Source of the DNA: Kudoa neothunni
Taxonomy: Eukaryota; Animalia; Cnidaria
Assembly (NCBI GenBank): GCA_964304625.1
Contig: OZ199838.1
Span: 10,805,607 to 10,869,606 of the forward strand
Reading direction: 5' to 3'
Length of the DNA stretch: 64,000 nucleotides
The position numbers and the translations under genes were made by a program. Under the pieces are notes generated by a model. It had not been told where the DNA came from. It saw only the letters and a program-made list of their open reading frames with translations, and made no database searches. Positions 55,177 to 64,000 of this stretch are shown here, piece after piece; the stretch's first letter is position 1; every line of letters begins with the position of its first letter.

Positions 55177-55991
55177 GTGTTTGAAGTTGATTCTTAATAA
55201 ATGCATCATGTTAATTTTTCTTGTCTCAAACTAATATTAATGCAATCAATTAATAAAAATTTTGTTTTCATTATTAATATTTTTTGATAAATTTTTTGGA
55301 ATTTTCATTAAACTCTCAATGGCTGTCAACATTGTGATAATAATTTCAAATGAATTAAATTCAAGCGATGACTAATGCTAGGAAAATTATTTTTCTATAC
55401 TCAATATAAGTGTTTAAAGAATTCCAAAAACTCATAATTAAAGGATATTATTCGAAACCATTTTTAATCTTTTATCACATTAATTATTAATCCAAAACTT
55501 GTTTATTATTATGTTTACATAAATGTTTAAATAAAATAACTTATTCGTAATGAAGATGCTTCTTATTTGAGTTAATAATATTCTGGAGGTTTGTTGCTAT
55601 TTTTCTGTTTTATATCACATTTTTGATTAATGTATTTTATACCATTATTTGTTTTACATCGATGGTAGTTTACAGTCGACTACTGCCATGAGATAAGTTG
55701 GCACAATCATTCGTTAATGGCTTGTGAAACTTCGCAGTAACTTTTTTATATTATTTGTGACAACAAAACTCAATTTTAATGCACCATGTGATAATAGAGG
55801 AAAGAGCGATAATGTTCTAATTATACTGAATTAAGTCGTGATTTTGAGGTATAAACAAATTCTGTTTCGTGACTGTGCATCTTACAATATTAGAGTCCAT
55901 GCGAGTCTTAATAAAATGTTAACATAATAAGCACACTTTTAGAGTTATATTAATGGTTTTAAATGTAACACAGATGACCGACGGTGCTTAA

Positions 55992-56633
55992 CCCTCTAAA
56001 TAAAATAAGGTAGATTTTTACACCATGTGAATTTTGCCAACACTACTATAATGTATAAATGGAACATAATTCTTCGCCACTTTTTGTAATCTTTTATCTT
56101 TATGAAAGCTTTCAGAAAAATGAGTTGAAATTTTGTTTGGTCCTATCAAAAAAGTTAATGTAAAAACACCTTCCAAATAAAATTATTTGAAATATCGATA
56201 CATGTGATATTTAAAAATTTACGGAAATTCTATCGAGTAAATAATGAGTAAATAACGAAACACTACACACGAGATGCTATTCCCTATACGCAACATCGAT
56301 ATAAACAAGTCGTTCTCTCCAGAATACAACGGTTGCCCCTCATTCTCTCATTATTTTTATACCAGCTATTCAAAATACGATGACTTTTCGTCAATTTTAT
56401 TATTTCAACGATGTAGAGAGCATTAACAAAACATTTGAAAACTGTTAATCAATATTCTTAGTTTCTCATTGTAGAGAGTATTAGACATATAATATAACTT
56501 TAATAATTGGTCATTTGTTCAAAATTTATTCGATGAATTTTCCTCATATTTTGTCAGCCAATACCGAATTTTATTTGAGACAATTTTAAATAAAATAGTG
56601 GGGTAGATTTTTACCTAATTTTTATTCGGAGGA
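55992..56633. mobile_element. piggyBac-type MITE
   Basis: TTAA|CCCTCTAAATAAAATAAGGTAG left end and a degenerate inverted right end; shares the GGTAGATTT(T/C)TACC motif with the 39989 piggyBac. Confidence 0.6.
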
Positions 56634-57502
56634 TGTAAATTTTTCAGCTACTTAGTAGATTAATTAACCATTAAACGACCACCTGGGGCTCCACGAGCTC
56701 ACCCACCAACTGAATTGTGTTTATGACCCCACAAATTCATCATTTTAAACCCGAATTTCATTAAATTCATAAAAAATTTTTAATTGGAGATTGTTTCAAT
56801 TTTGTTTTATTTTAAAATTTAATTCATTTTGGACCTATTTTAAGCACGTAATGCAGTCATTAATTACAATTGTTTCCCTTTGTTTTGTTTGTTTAATTCA
56901 AACACATTTTTGCAAGTTAATAAAAATGTCGTCTAATTGTGAAAGTATTTCATCGAGCGAACTAGACAATTTAATCCAAAATAATGCGTTAAATGAAAGT
57001 TAGGAAGATGATTTGGGTAAATCATTTCTTGTTGGCGTTGGAATTTATAATTATGTAACTGCGTATTCCACAGATGATAATTTAACTGTTATAAATGAAT
57101 TAACTCTCCTCGAAAATGGCATTTAAAATTCTTATTTAATTGATACAACGAAAAATTATATTTCCAATGACAAAATTGTTGTTTGGGCCTCTCGATCTAT
57201 ACATGGATGAACTTCCACCCACAACGTAACCAGTTTCGCGAAAGGAAAACCAATTGAATCACTTAATACAACAACCCCAATGGATTCATTTTTTAATTTC
57301 ATAAAATACGATATACTGCAACGAATCATATTTTTTACCAATCAAAAAGGAATCAAAGTAGTGGTGGTTGAATGGAAATCACTCGATATGGCGGAATTTA
57401 AAGCATTAATTGGTCTGCTATTGTTAGGGGGTGCTTTCTAATCGAATTACGAAAAAACCAATATATTGTGGAATGAAATTCACGGATGACCTTTGTTTAG
57501 AG

Positions 57503-58042
57503 CAGGGGTCGCAACCTTTTTGGGTGACGGGCCGAACAGACATACCTTAACTCTAATATGGGCCATATTAAAATTAATCCATACAAATTTTAAATTATTC
57601 TTAGTTAAAATTTCAGATTTAAATATATAAGAACATATAAAAGTCGTTTAAAGTAGAAAAGTGCGTCAAACGATAGTATTATAATTTAATAATTTTCACT
57701 TCCAATGTAATCAACTCCCGCTTAACTTGTGAAAGAACGATTTATTGGGCAATGTCGAACAACATGAGATGTACCTGCCTTTTTAACAATATTTTCTAAT
57801 TTGTTAGCAATAATTTTAACGTTATTTCATCATTCATATTTATTCCAGTTTTCCAATTCAATGAAGATGAATTTTAGTTGGCTAAAACGTTTACATAGAC
57901 AACATATTGACATTTGGAAAAACGATCTAGAAAAAACTTAATAGTCATTTGGATATTTTAGACATTATGAAAAATTTTTATGCCGTTAATACATGGCGGG
58001 TCAGATAGAGATAACTAAAGGGCCGTAGGTTGCCGACCCCTG
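57503..58042. mobile_element. hAT MITE inserted in piggyBac transposase ORF
   Basis: TIRs CAGGGGTCG(G)CAACCT; TSD GTTTAGAG/GCTTAGAG. Excision restores the transposase reading frame. Confidence 0.9.
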
Positions 58043-58753
58043 GCTTAGAGCAACAATGAGTCGCAACAGATTTAAGCAAATTTTATGTTGTTTGGATTCG
58101 ATGACAAAACAAAACCAACCAACATAAATTTAAAGCCATACACAATTTGTTTGATTTTTTGTACATATTTGTAAAACCAGCTATATTCCCGTATCAAATT
58201 TGACGGTGGATGAGCAATTATATCCATATCACAGACTAATTGGATTTTGTGTATATATGCCAAAAAACCTTCCGAATATGGTCTCAAATTTTGGATGGTT
58301 TGCGATAGCGAAACGAAGTATGTTTCCAACATTATTCCCTATTTAGTAAAAATAGAAAACAACCGTGAAACAAATTTGAGTTACAAAGTCATCGTTAGCC
58401 TAACTGAACACTTGCTTGATTCTGTGCGAAGTATAACGTTCGATAATTATTTTATCACATGGAACCTAGTAAAACATTGAAAAGAAAGAAAAACGTCATT
58501 TGTTGAAACGGTTCGTAAATGCAGGACGTTTATACCTCCAGAATTCTTGCCGCATAAATCTAGAGAAATATACTCATCGCTTTTGGATTTCTACAAAGAT
58601 TTCACCTTAATTTCGTATATTCCCAGAAAAGGCAAAGTCGTTTTGATTCTTTCTTCCAAATATCGAACTCTCAGCATAAGTAACGAGTATCATGCCAAAC
58701 CTGATGCTATTATTGATTATAATAAATGAAAAGGCGGTATTGATACTCTAGAT

Positions 58754-59361
58754 CAGGGGTTCTCAACGGTTTTTTCAATTTTACCTCCTTGGCTTAGTGA
58801 AAACCCCGAATTTACTCCCATAACTTGGTAGCCAAGTTCGTATTTACTTTAAGGTTTTATACTGGTTTAATTATAACAGAGGCTACTCGAGAGGTAAATT
58901 CTGAGCCTAATAGGCGTATACGTTTGCATAATGGCAATTTTTAATCCTAGAAACCTTTACTAACGAATTGTTTAAAGATTGCATTTTGTAGATTCTATTA
59001 ACTTTAATTATTTCGGGCCCATTCCTTCAACCTTAGGAGCCAGGAATAATTAAAAATGGTCAAAACTATTGACACCTGAATATTAGTTGCATGCAAATAA
59101 CAACCTGAAGTATTATTATTAGGCTGCATTACTAAATAATAAACGTGCCATATAAGGAAGAGACCGATTATAGTTTATAAATAGTTGTTAAATACATATT
59201 CCTAAAACATTTTAAGCATTTTTGACGACTTCTTATTGAGTTAAATAGCCATGAATAATATAATTCCTTAGAAATCCTTATGTACTCCACAAACTCCTTT
59301 ATGCAAAAATTACCCTCATCAAATTTTGGTCACCTAATTTACCCCTGATTGAGAATCTCTA
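58754..59361. mobile_element. second hAT-type MITE in the same piggyBac
   Basis: CAGGGGTTCTCAAC start right after CTCTAGAT (hAT NTCTAGAN-type target); degenerate inverted end ATTGAGAATCTCTA; TSD not retained. Confidence 0.6.
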
Positions 59362-59375
59362 TGTTAATGTATATA

Positions 59376-60830
59376 CAGCCGAGATTGGATAACGCGTAAT
59401 TTTTTGGGCCGCGAAAAAATTACGTAATAAAAAGGTTTTACACAATATCGAGAAACGCGCTCGCGCGCACAAAAACATGCTTTATTTAGCTTGTTTTACA
59501 CGTTTACCTTAGTTCTAGCCAATGTTAATTAATTATCTTATATACAAGAAAATTATTTAAAGTCAAAAAGAACAAAAATGTCGATTTTTATAAATAAATG
59601 AAATAATTTTAAATTAATGTCGTTTTTTAGATAATTTAAATGTTTGATTCACAATTGATGTGAGAGCTAAGATTAAAGATGCAGCTTCTTGAATAAATGC
59701 TTTTCTTTATACGCTTACTACCAATCCAACAACTTTTATCGAAAATTTTGTTTGTACATCATCAGATTCTATTTTACTTTGAATTGGAGTTTTGTGGTTG
59801 ATGCAAATTGTAACTTTCATCATCACGATTAAGAACGATGCAATCATTAATGTTAATCTTCCTTGTTTTTTATTAATAATAAAAATGTTAAAAGTTTGGT
59901 TTTAATTTATAATTTGGTCCTTTTTACCATTTTTGTCATCTCTTCCCGTCTCCCTGTCCTAACACAGATATAATTTTAATTGTTCGCACTAGCTTTTATT
60001 TTCATAAAATATATTTTATTTTTTGAAATGTTCACAATAATTTATGCTGTGATACAGTCCCACGATTTTCTGAGTTAAAATTGCATCAAGTAAAGTATAT
60101 TTTGAATTTGATAAATCATCAAATAAAATCATATGAGTACATATCATTTTTCTTTAATTTGAAGACAATAAATTCACCCCTGGATGCATTTGTTGGAAAA
60201 TAACTGCTGTATTTCTAGTTAAAAAAATCTTAATATTGATATAACAAAAGATTTCTTTTGGACGTACGAATTACATTTTCATGAACAGCTACAAGCACAT
60301 TACTTCGAATAAAAATCTTCAATTCCGTATAAACTGATGTTATGAACTAACAAGATTCGTTCTGTAGATTTTCTGACGGATAATGCTTATAATTCTAGAT
60401 TGGGGATTTTAGATTGGCGAGAAAACTGAAATGCTGTAAATAACTTCAGTTCTAATAGCTAATTTTAATGTTCAGTATACGCCCTCAAAATGCTCACTTT
60501 ATGTAAATATTTTTTTAATAGTTTCATTAAAGTATTAAATAATTAAAAAAAATATGAAATCACACCGCTCTGTACCATGAAATTAAATAGTTCCAAGAAA
60601 TACGTGAATAGTTACGTGTCTAAAATTTAACGCATAGAAAAATTAACCCACATCTCTTTCTGAATGATGTTTAAAGAAATTATCGTGCGTACCTAAAACA
60701 AACGAATGAAACAATGAGTGTTGCCAGGTTAGAAAACGTTTTGACCGTTTCAGGTCGCAAGGTGAGGTAAGTTTTTTTACCCTTTCCCATCTTGACATAT
60801 TCTACGTTACTCGTATAACAACAATAACGT
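59376..60830 (-). mobile_element. decayed Tigger-like element
   Basis: TA-CAG terminus at 59374-59378; minus-strand remnant RNTAVIFQQMHPGV (cf. PNTTS.LQP.DQG) at about 60175-60218. Far end unclear. Confidence 0.5.
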
Positions 60831-61755
60831 AACTTGAACTAATACAATATTTATATTATTTCGATATATCTCGAATCCACAAATTAAATAATATTCTTCA
60901 CCTCAAAGGTATTCTACACGACATGGGTCCGCGTTTTCCTGTGCCGTCCAAACTAGCCATAAAATTTTTCATCACCCACACAAAATCTGTCATGATCTAC
61001 ATATGGGTCATATAACCCTAAGTTGGAAAAAACTGCATTAGAGGGTTAAAAATGGTTACTTTGACAGACGAGGACGCATGACGCGTCTGTTCAGCGGCTA
61101 AAAACCTTGGACGGATTACTAGTATTGGAAATGTCATTTTCATGTTTTAAAACATGCTTCATCAGTTAAAATGTATATTAATGAATTTTTAACGAATTTT
61201 AATAAAATAATGATTAAAAGAAGGTTCACATCAATAGTTTTAAATGAAAAAATAACTTAACAAAATTCGCATAAATGAGAAAATAAAAAATAACTTTACA
61301 CATTAAAGAAATTATTTTTGTACTATATTATCTATTACAGGAGATTTTCTTTGGTCTAACAATGCTTTATTATCAACTACTAATTTCTATCGCTTAATGA
61401 GCGTGTATGCTGAATTATTGCTTATACTCAATGATAAACAATGAATTTTATTGGAACTTTTCAGATTACCTTATGTTCCAAATACTTTTATATTAGAAAA
61501 GAACTTTTTAAGCGTTGTTAAATATATCAGCAGTCAAATCTGCCCTGTAGAGATAAAATTTTGTTTAGAAAGAGATGCCGATCTATTAATATAATTTACC
61601 TGAAATTAGAAATGAAAATTATATTGTGATAAAAGCTTTGATATATAAATACAAAATAGTTTTTATCAAGAAAAATATTCTCTTCAGTCGATAACAAATT
61701 ATTAATCATCATGTTGAAACCATTATAAAACAATCGTAGTTATACACTATATTCT

Positions 61756-62286
61756 TTATTGTATAAATTCGTAATATGATGGAGGAGGCATGTCAAATTC
61801 TGGATGGTTATGGGATTGAGCATTATCTATTGGAATATGTGATTCATCATATTGTGGAGATACAGGTCGATTTTCAAAGAATGGCTCGACAACTTGTTCA
61901 CTTCTGAGAATAACTATATGTGTTCTGCTGATAGGGGTTTCTTGAGTTTCCAAAGGATCTATATACAGATGTCAAATGAAATAGGATTTTTCAACAATTT
62001 TATAATTCATGCCACCAAGATTATTTATTATGGTGAACGTCCACAGACTATCACCAGATTAACTGCAAAAACCCGTCGCATAAGATTATTAAATTGGCTA
62101 AAATCTTAAATTTGTCTATTTTTCTGATATTAATGGTCATGGGGTAAAAATTAAAAATTTATCATAACTACCTGTTGGTCTACGGCAATCAAGTACGCAT
62201 TGATAAATGCGGATGACAATAATAACGATAAATACTATCAACGGAATAATTACGATATATTTGAATTCGCTTTTATTCTCAGCCAT
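61756..62286 (-). CDS. small single-pass membrane protein with C-terminal PPxY (WBP1/VOPP1/PMEPA1-like architecture)
   Basis: MAENKSEFKYIVIIPLIVFIVIIVIRIYQCVLDCRRP gives a TM helix plus juxtamembrane Cys; then a short middle exon and a last exon ending EFDMPPPSYYEFIQ*. One junction is uncertain. Confidence 0.6.
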
Positions 62287-64000
62287 GACGTAGTAGCAAT
62301 TTTAGTAGATAACCGATTTCCATAAAATAAGTAGATATTTCCACCTCGTGAGTGAATTCACTTTAATTAAAAGATTAAGCTGATCAAATATGAATCTTAT
62401 GCGAATAAGGTCGGAAATCTTATAACCATTGAATAGCTAATTTATGTGAATTGATTAACATCTCTACCACAACAATGTAATCTATAATTTAGAGGCTATT
62501 AATTTAACACAGATGAACAATAATATTTTTTTCGTGATAGTCTATTTAACTATGTACACCAAATGATGGAATTTTATCAATTTTTTAATTTAATGTTTAA
62601 TGGACATCCCAGATTCACATGGGAGAGGAATAGTGTTATGTTTCGTAACCTAAAACAATTTTTATGATTAATTAATCGATCAATCGATGTAGCGAATTAA
62701 ACCAATAATTTGTTTACAGTGTCAGCCTTTAACGTTTATGATCAGGTTCGAAGAATTATTTTTTAAACTCTTTGTTAAAAATTAATTCACATCATGTCGA
62801 ATAACTAAAAGTCGCAACTAAATAATTTTTTCACGTGGGTTAATTATCCGAGTAATCATCTAAATAAAATAGAATGTATTTTGACCTCATCATGCATATA
62901 AGGTCATTTTTAAGGGTAATAGTTAAGTTTATTTTATTTTGACTTCATTTTGTTTTTTTATTACAGAATTACTTAGATAACATACAGTTAAATATATATA
63001 ATCTAAGATAGAAAAAATAATCATCCAAAAACTCCTAAAAAATGGGGGAAAAATCGACCACCATTTTTTTCAGCAGAATTATAAAAATAATAATATCCAT
63101 TATTATGACTAAAGAAAATTTTATCTTTACCACATCGAACAAATACCAATATATTAATGGTAACCCTTCACTACACACGCTTAGTTGTTGAACCCTTGGC
63201 GGTTTTTCGTTCCCTTTTTGGCACTATCTTCACACCTCTCTATAACTTACAATAATTTGTTTAATAATGTAGTTCTCGGGTATATGATTAACATATATAA
63301 TTTCTATATCATACGAAAATATTAATTAAATATATTTTACATTGCGCCAGATACTGTCCTACATTACCCCTGTAATGTGACGTCAAATAGAACAGGAATT
63401 CCACTTGACTGTTATTTATAAATATTATATTTTCAGTATATAATATTATATGAACAAAAATTTAATATAAGCGAAAATAAAACAAAGGGTAAAGAGTGCC
63501 ACAAATAAATAATTATCAAAATAAAACGGCGCCGAAAAGAGGGCACGATAAACCACCGACGTGCGATTTCTCAATTAATCTTTTTGTTGATCTCGCAGTA
63601 AAGGCTTCAAGGTGGGGTACAGAAACTTAGTTGATGCTATCGAAAATATTGATAGCTTACCAAATACAATTGATTTTATGTTCACACCTTGAATCTTATG
63701 GATAAATTGACTAATGAAGAGTAAAAATTCGTTCACAGAGACTACGACAGCATTGATATTGGAGCTGTTCCCGATATATGTGGCGAAGTAGAAATATTTG
63801 TTAGCTTCGAAAATGATAAAAATATCGAAAATGACCTAGCGTTACGGTTTAAAATTACCCTCTGTTGCATTCATCCACAAACGCAATAAATGAAGAAATG
63901 ATCACCCATAGTGCAGACAATATCTATAATGATTATTGGAACGTGTATTAGTCATATGAAAACTATCTTGAATTTTTTAACGAAAACTTGTTACTGCGTA

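Larger units (their letters stand above)
56668..61049 (+). mobile_element. piggyBac pseudogene interrupted by nested hAT MITEs and a Tigger relic
   Basis: Transposase remnants from ATG 56926: PLFRATMSRNRF (restored after removing 57503-58042), TVDEQL, KKPSEYGLKFWMVCD, TFDNYF and DYNK*KGGIDTLD. AGGG|TTAA end at 61042-61049; left end uncertain. Confidence 0.8.

Noticed and set aside
1-64000. Prokaryotic features (CRISPR arrays, operons, rRNA) or a variant genetic code
   Set aside because: No regularly spaced repeats or rRNA. Intact genes splice and translate with the standard code, and in-frame stops are confined to decayed TEs or follow indels.

Overview
AT-rich eukaryotic (most likely compact metazoan) nuclear DNA with GT-AG introns of mostly 40-60 nt. 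Splicing the exons by hand gives these host genes: NOL9/Grc3 kinase, two dispersed DJ-1/PARK7 paralogues, a PHACTR (RPEL) gene, a probable LRR cell-surface protein gene, CXXC1/CFP1, a C18orf21/RMP24-like Rpr2-fold gene, STAMBP/AMSH, a small single-pass PPxY membrane protein, and a few unidentified genes. Intergenic DNA and the three large introns are filled with DNA transposons (pogo/Tigger, piggyBac, hAT and their MITEs, a Helitron) and tRNA-derived SINEs, often nested. The main patterns are: (i) an NRF1-like GCGC(R/Y)GCGC motif a short distance upstream of most start codons and also inside transposons; (ii) dense single-base indels in otherwise conserved genes, most parsimoniously consensus errors; (iii) a CFP1 lacking the N-terminal PHD finger, with an atypical CXXC domain; (iv) a Tigger transposase with two host-sized introns; (v) a structured, possibly dimeric tRNA-SINE with a perfect 13-bp TSD; (vi) reciprocal hAT/piggyBac nesting. 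All exon models and homology calls were made by eye, with no database searches.
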